Assembly (NCBI GenBank): GCA_963774265.1
Contig: CAVZDU010000001.1
Coordinates: 800,001-864,000, forward strand
Reading direction: 5' to 3'
DNA length: 64,000 nucleotides
Source of the DNA: an uncultured Chloroflexia bacterium
GTDB taxonomy: Bacteria > Chloroflexota > Anaerolineae > CG2-30-64-16
The notes beneath the pieces were generated by a model that ran no database searches, was not told the origin of the DNA, and worked only from the letters and a program-made list of their open reading frames with translations. Shown here in pieces: positions 54,651 to 64,000 of the stretch (within the stretch, counting starts at the first letter, position 1; each line of letters starts with the position of its first letter). The translations under genes and the position numbers were made by a program.

Positions 54651-55772
54651 ATGAAAGTGCTGATGGTGTCCAAGGCGCTGGTTGTCGGCGCATATCAGCG
54701 CAAGCTGGAGGAACTCGCGCGTCAGCCGGGTATCGAGTTGTCGGCCGTTGTTCCCCAGGGATGGCGCGAGGGCCTTTTTGGCCCGATGACCCCGCTCTCT
54801 CGGGCTCACACCGCCGGATACCGGCTGATCGTTGCACCGCTGCGCTTCAATGGTGAGTTTCACTTCCACTATTATCCAACCCTCGGGCGGCTGCTTTCGG
54901 AGTATCAGCCTGATGTGCTGCACATGGATGAAGAACCGTATAACCTCGCGACGTGGTTGGCCTTGCGAGCCGCGGAGCAGGACGGCGCCGGCCGTATCGC
55001 CAGTCTCTTTTTTACCTGGCAGAATCTCAGGCGCGACTACCCCTGGCCATTCCGCCATTTTGAGCGCGCAAACTACCGACGTGCGAGCCACGCGATCGCC
55101 GGTAACCCTACCGCGTCGAAGGTGCTCCGCGAGAAGGGATACAGGGGGGCGATTTCGGTCATCCCCCAGTTCGGGGTCGATCCGGACCTGTTTTCGCCTG
55201 CGCCGGTGGCTATATCTGAACAACGTCAGGAGTTGGTGATAGGATACGCGGGACGCCTGGCGGCAGAAAAGGGGATTGACTTATTGTTCCGCGCGTGTGC
55301 GGAGTTGCGTGACGTCGCGTGGTCGCTGCGATTGCTCGGCGATGGGCCGGAGCGGCGGCGGCTCGCGGAGCTGGCGGATGGACTCGGCATCGCCGAGCGC
55401 GTGGTGTTCATCGGCCGGATACCCTCCACCGAGACGGTGCAGCACTACCGGCACATGGATGTGCTGGTGCTGCCGTCGGTTAGCCGGCCCAATTGGGTGG
55501 AGCAGTTTGGCAGGGTTCTGATCGAAGCGATGGCGTGTGGCGTTCCTGTCGTTGGGTCCGATAGCGGAGAGATTCCGTGGGTGATCGGGGACGCGGGCGT
55601 GTTGTTTCCCGAAGGGGATGTCAGTGCCTTGACACAGACATTGCAGACCCTGGCCGGCGATGCTGGAGGGCGGCGAGTGCTGGCTGAACGAGGCCGCGCA
55701 AGAGTGCTGGCCCATTTCACACAGGCCCAGGTGGCCGCGGCCACAGCCGCAGTCTATCACCAGATGCTTTGA
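54651..55772 (+). CDS. glycosyltransferase family 4
   Basis: EKGID, EQFGRVLIEAMACGVPVV. Confidence 0.92.
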   Translation: MKVLMVSKALVVGAYQRKLEELARQPGIELSAVVPQGWREGLFGPMTPLSRAHTAGYRLIVAPLRFNGEFHFHYYPTLGRLLSEYQPDVLHMDEEPYNLATWLALRAAEQDGAGRIASLFFTWQNLRRDYPWPFRHFERANYRRASHAIAGNPTASKVLREKGYRGAISVIPQFGVDPDLFSPAPVAISEQRQELVIGYAGRLAAEKGIDLLFRACAELRDVAWSLRLLGDGPERRRLAELADGLGIAERVVFIGRIPSTETVQHYRHMDVLVLPSVSRPNWVEQFGRVLIEAMACGVPVVGSDSGEIPWVIGDAGVLFPEGDVSALTQTLQTLAGDAGGRRVLAERGRARVLAHFTQAQVAAATAAVYHQML

Positions 55773-55804
55773 GCCATTATGGAAGGGCTAGAGGCGATGC
55801 TATA

Positions 55805-56995
55805 ATGCCTCGCGTGACACGTCACAAGGGGTCGCCACTGAGGGTTGGCCTGAATGCGCACCTGCTCTCGCTAACACAGACATATCGCGAGGCGGGCATT
55901 AATGGGTATATCTATCAACTACTGAACCGCCTGCCTGCTGAAGCGGGAGCCGGCGCTGAGTTGGACCTCGTCGCGTATCTGCACGATTCCAGCTACAGAC
56001 CACCCCAGGGCCTCCAGGTCGTTCGCTCGCAATGGGATACTGCCAGCCCATGGCGGCGCATCCTATGGGAGCAGAGCGCCCTGGCTGCGGCCAGCCGGGG
56101 GCTTGACCTGCTGCACGGCCTGGCCTTTGCGGCGCCGCTTGCGGCGGCGTGCCCGACGATCGTTACCGTCCATGACTTGAGCTTCCTTCGGTTTCCGGAG
56201 GCGTTTCGGCGCACGAACAGGACTTACTTGAGCCTGTTCACCAGGCTGTCGGTGCGGCGGGCGACACGGGTCATTGCCGGCTCAGAGAGCACGCGCAGGG
56301 ATGTGATAGCCTTTTGCGGCGCAGCTCCGGAGTGCGTGGTCACTGTGCCCTATGGCGTCAGTGAGGATTATAAACCCGCGTCACCCGAAGCTGTCGAGGC
56401 GTTTCGTCGACGCAAAGGGCTGCCGGACCGGTTTATCCTGTTCCTGGGCACCCTCGAGCCCCGGAAGAATATCGGCCGGCTGATCGAGGCGTATGGGGTA
56501 TTGCGCACGCGACAGGATTTAGATGTCCCGAAGCTGGTCATCGCCGGGGGCAAGGGTTGGTTCTATGAGACCCTGTTCACGCAGGTGGCGGATCTCAAGC
56601 TGATCGATGATGTGCTGTTTCCAGGTTACGTGCCGGCAGACGAATTGCCCTGGTGGTATCGCGCGGCCGAGATGTTCGTCTACCCGTCCCGCTTCGAAGG
56701 ATTCGGTTTGCCCGTGCTGGAAGCGATGGCGTGTGGTGTCCCGACCATAGCATCTAACGCGTCGTCTCTGCCCGAGGTAGCCGGCGATGCTGCCCTGTTG
56801 GTGCCTCCCGACAATACGGAAGCCTTGGTGAATGCAATGGCCCGACTGCTGATCGATGACGATTTGCGAGCCGCCCTGAGTGAAGCAGGTCCGCGACAGG
56901 CCGCTCAATTCCCCTGGTCGCGCACGACCGCCGAGACGTTGGCGGTGTACCGGTCGGTCCTGCAAGAAACTGGAGGTGGGTCGTATGGGGCGTGA
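55805..56995 (+). CDS. glycosyltransferase family 4
   Basis: GTLEPRKN, EGFGLPVLEAMACG. Confidence 0.93.
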   Translation: MPRVTRHKGSPLRVGLNAHLLSLTQTYREAGINGYIYQLLNRLPAEAGAGAELDLVAYLHDSSYRPPQGLQVVRSQWDTASPWRRILWEQSALAAASRGLDLLHGLAFAAPLAAACPTIVTVHDLSFLRFPEAFRRTNRTYLSLFTRLSVRRATRVIAGSESTRRDVIAFCGAAPECVVTVPYGVSEDYKPASPEAVEAFRRRKGLPDRFILFLGTLEPRKNIGRLIEAYGVLRTRQDLDVPKLVIAGGKGWFYETLFTQVADLKLIDDVLFPGYVPADELPWWYRAAEMFVYPSRFEGFGLPVLEAMACGVPTIASNASSLPEVAGDAALLVPPDNTEALVNAMARLLIDDDLRAALSEAGPRQAAQFPWSRTTAETLAVYRSVLQETGGGSYGA

Positions 56996-58412
56996 TGTCC
57001 GGTCCTGGATGCCCTGGCTGACCCTGCTCATCGACGTGATTATGGTCAACGTCGCGTTCCTGATCGCCTACTGGCTCCGCTACGATCGCCAGCTTTTCCG
57101 TTCGGTCGACCCGGCGAATAACGTCCCCTATTCCGTCTACCTGCCGATGGTGGCGGTGCTGACCATCTTGCTGGTGCTACTCAACCGGCGGGAAGGCGCG
57201 TACGATGTGCGCAAGGGACGTGCGTTCTTCGACGATCTTTACGGCGTCATCAACTCAACCACGACGGCCATCATGTTGATGGTCGTGCTGGTCTTTTTCT
57301 ATCGCCGCCTGTTTTACTCTCGCCTTATCTTCATCTATGCGGGCATCCTGATCCTTGTTCTGCTGAGGCTGGCCCGACTGGTGCGGAACGTGGCGTTGGC
57401 CCGAATTCGCGCGGCAGGACAGGGCGTCGATCGGGTGGTGATCATCGGCGCGGGGGAGGTGGGGCGCACGGTCATGCGCAACCTGCTTGCGCAGCCGGAG
57501 CTGGGATATCGGGTGGTCGGCTTTCTGGATGACGATCCGGCCAAAAGCAGCTCAGACATCGGCCCGATTCGGGCGCTCGGAACATTGGATGATTTGCCCC
57601 AAGCGATCCAGGCCAACAGCATCGACCAGGTGATTATCACGTTGCCCTGGCAGTATCATCGCAAGGTGATCCGGCTGGTGATCGAAGCCGAGCACGCAGG
57701 TGTACGCGCTCGGGTGGTGCCCGATCTATTCCAACTCAGCCTTGGGGGCGTCGATGTGGAGGCGATCAACGGCATCCCGCTGATCGGCATCAAGGAAAGT
57801 GCGCTGACCGGGTTCAACCGCATCCTCAAGCGCATCGTGGATGTAGTCATCGCAGGCTTGCCATGGTGGTTCTTTCGCCAGTGTGGGCGTTGGTTGCATT
57901 GGCCATCAAACTCGATTCGCCCGGTCCCGTTTTCTTTCGCCAGGAGCGCGTCGGGTTCCGAAGGCAAGCCGTTCACGCTGTTGAAGTTCCGTTCGATGAC
58001 CGTCGATGCCGAGGAGCAGCTCGACAAGCTGCGCGAACAAAATGAGGCGGCCGGGCCGATCTTCAAAATGAAGGATGACCCGCGGCGGACGCGGGTCGGA
58101 CGCTTCATCCGGCGCACGAGCATCGATGAGTTGCCGCAATTCATCAATGTTCTCCGCGGTGACATGAGCATGGTCGGCCCCCGACCGGGCCTGGCGAGCG
58201 AGGTCGCCGAATACCAGGATTGGCAGCGCAAGCGATTGGAGGTGCAGCCGGGCGTCACGGGACTGTGGCAGGTGAGCGGTCGCAGCGAGCTCACCTTCGA
58301 CGAGATGGTGATGCTCGATATCTACTACGGCGAGAATTGGTCGCTGGGGATGGATCTGCGCATTATTATTCGCACCGTGCCGCAGTTCATTTTCGGCGAC
58401 GGCGCATACTGA
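56985..58412 (+). CDS. undecaprenyl-phosphate sugar phosphotransferase (WcaJ-like); compensating indels near 57860 and 57955
   Basis: KFRSM, DDPRRTRVGRFIRRTSIDELPQ, GDMSMVGPRP, PGVTGLWQVSGR. Confidence 0.93.
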   Translation: MGRDVRSWMPWLTLLIDVIMVNVAFLIAYWLRYDRQLFRSVDPANNVPYSVYLPMVAVLTILLVLLNRREGAYDVRKGRAFFDDLYGVINSTTTAIMLMVVLVFFYRRLFYSRLIFIYAGILILVLLRLARLVRNVALARIRAAGQGVDRVVIIGAGEVGRTVMRNLLAQPELGYRVVGFLDDDPAKSSSDIGPIRALGTLDDLPQAIQANSIDQVIITLPWQYHRKVIRLVIEAEHAGVRARVVPDLFQLSLGGVDVEAINGIPLIGIKESALTGFNRILKRIVDVVIAGLPWWFFRQCGRWLHWPSNSIRPVPFSFARSASGSEGKPFTLLKFRSMTVDAEEQLDKLREQNEAAGPIFKMKDDPRRTRVGRFIRRTSIDELPQFINVLRGDMSMVGPRPGLASEVAEYQDWQRKRLEVQPGVTGLWQVSGRSELTFDEMVMLDIYYGENWSLGMDLRIIIRTVPQFIFGDGAY

Positions 58413-58433
58413 GAGGCTATCGGGGGCAGAGTC

Positions 58434-59618
58434 ATGGCATCGCTTTCCGCTGCAGATTTCGACGGACTTGCTCGTCTGGCTCAGGAGCTGGTGCGCACGC
58501 CAAGTCTGCCCGGCCAGGAGGGCCGGGTGGCAGCGCTGCTTACCGATGCCATGCGCGAGAGCGGCTTTCAGAGGGTCTGGACCGACCGTGCCGGCAATGT
58601 CGTCGGCCACCTCGAGGGCAGGGGCGCCGGACCCACGCTCCTTTTTGATGGGCACATGGATACCGTCGACGTGGGCGATCCGGCTGCATGGGAGCACGAC
58701 CCCTTTGAGGGATGGGTCGAGAATGGCGTCCTCTATGGCAGGGGCGCGGTTGATATGAAGAGCGCACTCGCGGCGATGGTGTATGCGGTCAAGCTGCTGG
58801 TAGATGAAAACGCACCGCTGAACGGCGATGTCTATGTCGCCTTTGTCGTGCAGGAGGAGCCATGCGAGGGCGTCGCGGTGCGTCACCTCATCGAGGAGCA
58901 TGACATACGGCCGAACATGGTTGTGCTGGGCGAGCCCACCAACCTCGGCGTGTATCTCGGCCAGCGGGGTCGCGTGGAACTGAAGGTGGCGACTTACGGC
59001 AAAGCCGGTCATGCCTCGATGCCACAGGGCGGGGTCAACGCGATTTCATCCGCCGCACGCCTGATCTTCGGCATTGAGCTGTTGGGCTTGCAACTCCACA
59101 CCGATCCACAAATGGGCCCAGGCTCGATCGCCGTCACGCAGATCAGATCCACCGCAGGCAGCCTGAACTCGATCCCTGATCTGTGCGAGCTCATCATCGA
59201 TCGGCGACTGACGCTGGGCGAGACTGAGGCGCGCGCGATCGCCGAGCTTCAGGGGATCATCAACCGGGAGCGCATTCGGGCCGAGGTGAGCACACCCGAA
59301 TACGAGATGGTGTCTTATACGGGGTACGCGCATTCGGGCCGGAAGTACTTTCCTCCGTGGCTATTGCCCGAAGAAGACTCGATGGCGCGCAGAGCGGTGC
59401 GCGCGGTGGAAAAGGTGCTGGGTGCACGTCCCAGGACAGGCATCTGGCCGTTCTCGACGGACGGAGCGTACACGATGGGGACGGCCGGCATCCCCACTAT
59501 CGGCTTTGGGCCAGGCGATGAGCGCCTGGCCCACTCGACCGACGAGCACGTCCGCCTGGTTGATGTTGCTCTCGCCGCCCGGGGCTATGCCCAACTGGCG
59601 ATTGAGCTGCTGAGGTGA
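58434..59618 (+). CDS. M20 family metallohydrolase (YgeY/ArgE-like)
   Basis: FDGHMDTV, YGRGAVDMK, QEEPCEG, FSTDG, IGFGPG. Confidence 0.9.
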   Translation: MASLSAADFDGLARLAQELVRTPSLPGQEGRVAALLTDAMRESGFQRVWTDRAGNVVGHLEGRGAGPTLLFDGHMDTVDVGDPAAWEHDPFEGWVENGVLYGRGAVDMKSALAAMVYAVKLLVDENAPLNGDVYVAFVVQEEPCEGVAVRHLIEEHDIRPNMVVLGEPTNLGVYLGQRGRVELKVATYGKAGHASMPQGGVNAISSAARLIFGIELLGLQLHTDPQMGPGSIAVTQIRSTAGSLNSIPDLCELIIDRRLTLGETEARAIAELQGIINRERIRAEVSTPEYEMVSYTGYAHSGRKYFPPWLLPEEDSMARRAVRAVEKVLGARPRTGIWPFSTDGAYTMGTAGIPTIGFGPGDERLAHSTDEHVRLVDVALAARGYAQLAIELLR

Positions 59619-59625
59619 CCGAGCA

Positions 59626-60777
59626 ATGCATATGGTGAGTTACGCGGCTTCTCTGCCCAGAGTAACCATTCTAACCGCCAACGTGGGAGGGGGGCATCGG
59701 GCTGCCGCGCGCAGCCTTGCGGAGGCACTGGAAGGGAAGGCGCTGGTGACGCAGATCAGCCTGATCGACGACGGCGCGCCCTTTCCGCTCAACACCTGGT
59801 CCGCGACCTATGCGCCATGGGTTAACTACACTCCGTGGCTTTACCGGTTGGTGTATCGGTTCGGCGAATCGCGCGAGCGAGTGGTGGCTACGCAGAAGGC
59901 CGTGTACCCGCTTCTGAAGAAGCACGTGGCGAGCCTCGTGCATCCGCAAGAAGTGGACCTGTTCATCAGCGTCCATCCTCTGCAGATCGAGACGCCGATC
60001 TGGCTGATGCAGGAATTGGGACAGCGCGTGCCATTTGTGACAGTGGTCACGGATCCGGTCACGGCGCCCCTGGCGTGGTTCTGCCCCGATGTAGACTTAT
60101 GCGTCGTGGCCTCGGAGCCGGCGTACCGGATGGGGTTATCTTGTGGCATCGATCCGGTGCGATTGCGGCTGATTGGCCTGCCTATTCGCCGGGCGTTCGG
60201 GCAGATGCGCGGAAGCGACAAGCAAGATGTGCGTGCCCGGCTCGGCCTGGCGCCGGAGAAGCCCCTGATCCTGATGGCGGGGGGTGGGGCGGGGATCGGC
60301 CGCATTGTGCCGATGGCGCGCGCCATCGCCAAGTTGCTGGCCGAGCGGGAGCGTGATGTCCAACTGGCCGTTATTGCGGGCCGCAACGCGGAACTGTTCC
60401 GACAGCTCCGACGGCAGAAGTGGCCGGTCCCTGTGAGCGTACTCGGGTTTGTGGACAACATGGCGGAGTGGATGGCGGCGACGGATCTGTTGCTCACCAA
60501 AGCCGGACCGGGCATGCTGGCCGAGGCCGCGTGCCTGGGCGTGCCCGTGATGATCACCGACTTCGTGCCCGGCCAGGAGATCGGCAACGTATCCTGGGTG
60601 GTCAAGAATGGTGCGGGGTTGTACGAACACGAGATCGAAGGGATTGCGGCGGTGGTGGGCGAGTTGCTGCGGCCAGGCAACCCGACGCTGGAGATGATGA
60701 GCCGCCAGGCAAAGATGATGGCAAGGCCGAATGCATCGGAGGAGATCATCGAAGCCGCGTTGCAGTTGATCAGGTGA
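59626..60777 (+). CDS. diacylglycerol glycosyltransferase (MGDG synthase/UgtP, GT28)
   Basis: GGGHRAAARS, TVVTD, TKAGPG, PGQEIGN. Confidence 0.9.
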   Translation: MHMVSYAASLPRVTILTANVGGGHRAAARSLAEALEGKALVTQISLIDDGAPFPLNTWSATYAPWVNYTPWLYRLVYRFGESRERVVATQKAVYPLLKKHVASLVHPQEVDLFISVHPLQIETPIWLMQELGQRVPFVTVVTDPVTAPLAWFCPDVDLCVVASEPAYRMGLSCGIDPVRLRLIGLPIRRAFGQMRGSDKQDVRARLGLAPEKPLILMAGGGAGIGRIVPMARAIAKLLAERERDVQLAVIAGRNAELFRQLRRQKWPVPVSVLGFVDNMAEWMAATDLLLTKAGPGMLAEAACLGVPVMITDFVPGQEIGNVSWVVKNGAGLYEHEIEGIAAVVGELLRPGNPTLEMMSRQAKMMARPNASEEIIEAALQLIR

Positions 60778-60828
60778 CGTGAGACACGGGATTTTCAGGC
60801 GAGCGTTCGAAAAGAAAGGGGATTCGTC

Positions 60829-61260
60829 ATGGGGACTGCGCAGTTGACGTGGATGCAGGATATGAAGTTCGTGGGCACGGGCGCATCAGGGCACGAAGTA
60901 GCATTGGATTCTTCGCCCGACGTGGGCGGGCATGACTCAGCCGCCCGCCCCATGGAGCTGCTGTTGATCGGCCTCATGGGCTGCACCGCAATGGATGTGA
61001 TCAGCATCCTCAAGAAGAAGCGCCAGGATGTCCAGGACTTCAAGATTTTCGCTACGTACGAGCGTTCGCCCGAGCATCCCAAGAAGTACACGAGCATCCA
61101 CCTTGAGTATGTGGCGTACGGAGACGTGGATCTGAAGGCGTTGGAGCGCGCGGCCGAGCTATCGCAGACCTCATATTGCGGCGCCATCGCGACGGTCCGT
61201 GGTGTGGCCAATGTGACGTACTCCTGCCGCGTAGAAATGGCGCCGCCGGCCGCGGGGTGA
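60829..61260 (+). CDS. OsmC family protein
   Basis: PMELLLIGLMGCTAMDV, YCG. Confidence 0.92.
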   Translation: MGTAQLTWMQDMKFVGTGASGHEVALDSSPDVGGHDSAARPMELLLIGLMGCTAMDVISILKKKRQDVQDFKIFATYERSPEHPKKYTSIHLEYVAYGDVDLKALERAAELSQTSYCGAIATVRGVANVTYSCRVEMAPPAAG

Positions 61261-61487
61261 CGGATATCGATAACGACCTTTTTTGAGATGCGCAAGCGAC
61301 CGCCTATCGGCCTCCGCTCCTGTTGGCCTTGACGATGCTCACCGGGGCCGTGGGGTTGTGGCGCTTATGGATCGGGCGGCAGGGCTATATTCGAGATGTG
61401 TGGAAAGGGCAAATCGCTCGTGAGGCGATGTTAGCCCGACTGAAGATCGTTTGGTAAGTTTTCATCATCTACGACGAGGTACCTAGC

Positions 61488-63164
61488 ATGAGCAAATACA
61501 CCCTCGGCATCGACTTCGGCACGGAATCCGGTCGGGCGCTCCTCGTGGCTGTCGACGACGGTCGCGAGGTTGCCACGTATGTCCATCCTTATGCTAATAG
61601 CGTGATCGACGAGCGCTTGCCTGCGGATGCGGGCGGCGTGCGGCTGGACCCGGATTGGGCGCTGCAAGACCCCAACGATTATCTGGAGGTCTTCAAGCGG
61701 GCCATACCGGCCGTCCTGGCGCAGAGTGGCGTCAGCCCGGACGACGTGATCGGCCTCGGCATTGACTTTACTGCGTGTACGATGCTGCCGGTGAAGGCTG
61801 ACGGAACGCCTCTGTGCTTTCTGCCCGAGTACCGCAGCCGCCCGCATGCCTGGGTCAAGCTGTGGAAGCATCACGCAGCGCAGCCGGAAGCGAACAAGCT
61901 CAACGAGATCGCGGAGCGCGAAGGTTATGACTTCCTCCGTCGGTATGGCGGCAAAATCTCGTCCGAGTGGTTCGTGCCCAAGGCGTGGCAGATCCTGGAT
62001 GAGGACCCTGAGATTTACGCCGCGGCGGACCGGATGATCGAGGCCGCGGATTGGGTCGTCTGGCAGCTCACGGGGCGCGAGACGCGAAATCTGACCACCG
62101 CCGGGTATAAGGGCATCTGGTCTAAGGAACACGGGTTTCCGCCCGCCGCCTTTTTCAAGGCGCTGGACCCTCGCCTGGAGAATTTCGTCGACGAGAAGCT
62201 CTCGCGCGAGATCGCGGAGCTGGGGCAAAACGCCGGCGGGCTGACCGAACAAGCCGCAGGATGGACCGGCCTGCGCCCAGGCACAGCAGTTGCGGTGGCC
62301 AACGTGGATGCGCACGTGGCCGTACCCGCGGCATCGGTCAACGAGGCAGGGCGGATGGTCATCATCATGGGCACATCCAACTGTCACATGGTGCTGGGGA
62401 CCGAGGAGCGCATCGTGCCGGGCATGTGCGGCTACGTGCAGGATGGCATCATTCCGGGCTTCTACGGTTATGAGGCGGGGCAGTCGTGTGTGGGCGACCA
62501 CTTTGCCTGGTTCACGGAGAATTGCGTGCCGGCGGCCTACGAGCGCGAAGCAAAGGACCGGGGCATCAGCATTCACGAGTTGCTGGAGCAGAGCGCGGCT
62601 CAGTTGAAGCCGGGGGAGAGTGGGCTCCTGGCGCTCGACTGGTGGAACGGGAACCGCAGCGTGCTGGTGGATGTGGACCTGACCGGCATGATGTTGGGCA
62701 TGACGCTGTTGACCAGGCCCGAGGAGATCTACCGGGCGCTGATCGAGGCGACTGCCTACGGGACCCGCGTGATTATCGAGGCGTTCCAGGATAACGACGT
62801 GCCTGTGCATGAGATCGTCGCGACCGGCGGCCTGCCCGATCGGAACCGGCTGCTCATGCAGATCTACGCGGACGTGACGGGCCGGCCCATCAAGGTGGCG
62901 GGCACACACCAGGGCGGCGCGCTCGGCTCAGCGATGCACGGCGCAGTCGCAGCGGGCAAGGCGGCGGGCGGATACGATACGATCTTCGAGGCGACCCGGG
63001 CGATGGCAACCCTGCGCGAGGATGCGTATACTCCGAACCCGGCGGCCAAGGCTGTGTATGACCGCCTGTTCGCTGAGTATAGGGTGTTGCACGACTACTT
63101 CGGCCGGGGCGCGAATGACGTGATGAAGCGGCTGAAGGCGTTGAAGGCTGAAGTGCGCTCGTAG
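61488..63164 (+). CDS. araB: L-ribulokinase
   Basis: [40 protein letters not shown]. Confidence 0.92.
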   Translation: MSKYTLGIDFGTESGRALLVAVDDGREVATYVHPYANSVIDERLPADAGGVRLDPDWALQDPNDYLEVFKRAIPAVLAQSGVSPDDVIGLGIDFTACTMLPVKADGTPLCFLPEYRSRPHAWVKLWKHHAAQPEANKLNEIAEREGYDFLRRYGGKISSEWFVPKAWQILDEDPEIYAAADRMIEAADWVVWQLTGRETRNLTTAGYKGIWSKEHGFPPAAFFKALDPRLENFVDEKLSREIAELGQNAGGLTEQAAGWTGLRPGTAVAVANVDAHVAVPAASVNEAGRMVIIMGTSNCHMVLGTEERIVPGMCGYVQDGIIPGFYGYEAGQSCVGDHFAWFTENCVPAAYEREAKDRGISIHELLEQSAAQLKPGESGLLALDWWNGNRSVLVDVDLTGMMLGMTLLTRPEEIYRALIEATAYGTRVIIEAFQDNDVPVHEIVATGGLPDRNRLLMQIYADVTGRPIKVAGTHQGGALGSAMHGAVAAGKAAGGYDTIFEATRAMATLREDAYTPNPAAKAVYDRLFAEYRVLHDYFGRGANDVMKRLKALKAEVRS

Positions 63165-63176
63165 AAATAGGTAAGC

Positions 63177-64000
63177 ATGAAACATCGCGAAAGGGTGCGG
63201 GCAGCACTCAGCCACGAGGCCCCGGACCGCTGCCCGATGCAGGTGAGCTTCACGCCGGAGTTCGCTGATCGCCTGCGGGCAGATCTGGCGATGGGTGACA
63301 GGCTCCTCAACCTGAGTCGCGGCGGCCATAATCCCCATGGTGGCGGCAACACGTACGAGCTCGAGCGCGCGCTTGGCGAGGATATGCTCCTGACGTCGGT
63401 TGGGTGGGCCAACAGTTACTACCAATCGGACGAGGAATACACCGACGAATGGGGCATCAGGTGGCGTGCGGTCCCGTATGAGACGCCCTTCGGGACGGGA
63501 TCATACACCGAGATGATCGGACATCCGCTGGCGCAGGATGGCGCGATTTCGCAGTACCACGGTCCGGATCCGAACCGAGATGCGCTGTATGACGACGCAC
63601 GGGGGACCCTGGCGCAGTTCGGCAGCGAATACTGGATCGTGGGCGTGACAGTGACGACGATCTGGGAGACCGCTTGGGCGTTGCGGGGATACGACCGGAT
63701 GTTGGCGGACCTGGTCCAAAACCCGGACCTGGCCGAGTGTATTCTCGAAATCCCATACCAGTATCACCTGACCGCTGCAAAGCGACTGGTGGAGATGGGC
63801 GTCGACATGGTATGGCTGGGCGACGACGTGGGCGCCCAGCGATCGATGTTGATCTCCCCGCGCCATTGGCGCAGGTACCTGAAGCCGCGCATGGCGAACT
63901 TCATCAGCTCGCTTAAGGCGATCAATCCAAAGGTGAAGGTGGCCTACCATTCGGACGGTGACATCCGGGCCATCATTCCCGAGCTGGTTGACATCGGCCT
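63177..64000 (+). CDS. uroporphyrinogen decarboxylase/MtaA family protein, partial (runs off the window)
   Basis: MKHRERVRAALSHEAPDRCP, YTDEWG, GDDVGAQRSMLISP, YHSDG. Confidence 0.85.
   Translation, partial: MKHRERVRAALSHEAPDRCPMQVSFTPEFADRLRADLAMGDRLLNLSRGGHNPHGGGNTYELERALGEDMLLTSVGWANSYYQSDEEYTDEWGIRWRAVPYETPFGTGSYTEMIGHPLAQDGAISQYHGPDPNRDALYDDARGTLAQFGSEYWIVGVTVTTIWETAWALRGYDRMLADLVQNPDLAECILEIPYQYHLTAAKRLVEMGVDMVWLGDDVGAQRSMLISPRHWRRYLKPRMANFISSLKAINPKVKVAYHSDGDIRAIIPELVDIG

Noticed and set aside
61257-61457. Short ORF with an in-frame TGA as a possible selenoprotein
   Set aside because: The TGA follows a T homopolymer, with no redox motif, SECIS-like hairpin or family similarity.

Overview
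GC-rich bacterial chromosome segment. Gene content and a GAAC-N4-GTTC SOS box at recA point to Chloroflexota, probably Anaerolineae (inference). Many otherwise intact genes carry single-base frameshifts, most simply explained as long-read indel errors. Core genes: recA-recX-rny, rnj, hutI, holB-ricT, spoVS, glycosyltransferases, araB. Accessory content: a non-pyrrolysine MttB homologue, a MacAB-type exporter, a SARP/NB-ARC/TPR regulator, a probable D-apiose uptake and catabolism cluster whose binding protein is internally duplicated, an MmeI-like restriction-modification gene and a 10-heme OTR-like cytochrome. Two candidate undescribed systems stand out. (1) At 15.2-20.95 kb, small phage-like genes (unannotated 59-aa basic ORF, XRE repressor, iteron-like hairpin ORF, orphan Phd protein, DUF5681 small-terminase-like protein) are transcribed from promoters of which three carry a LexA-type box, with no integrase or structural genes. 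(2) A minimal KdpD/KdpE pair without kdpFABC appears to control a KimA-like K+ transporter and an unknown small membrane protein through two promoters with identical operator geometry. No rRNA, tRNA or CRISPR array was recognised. All family calls come from motif recognition, not database searches.
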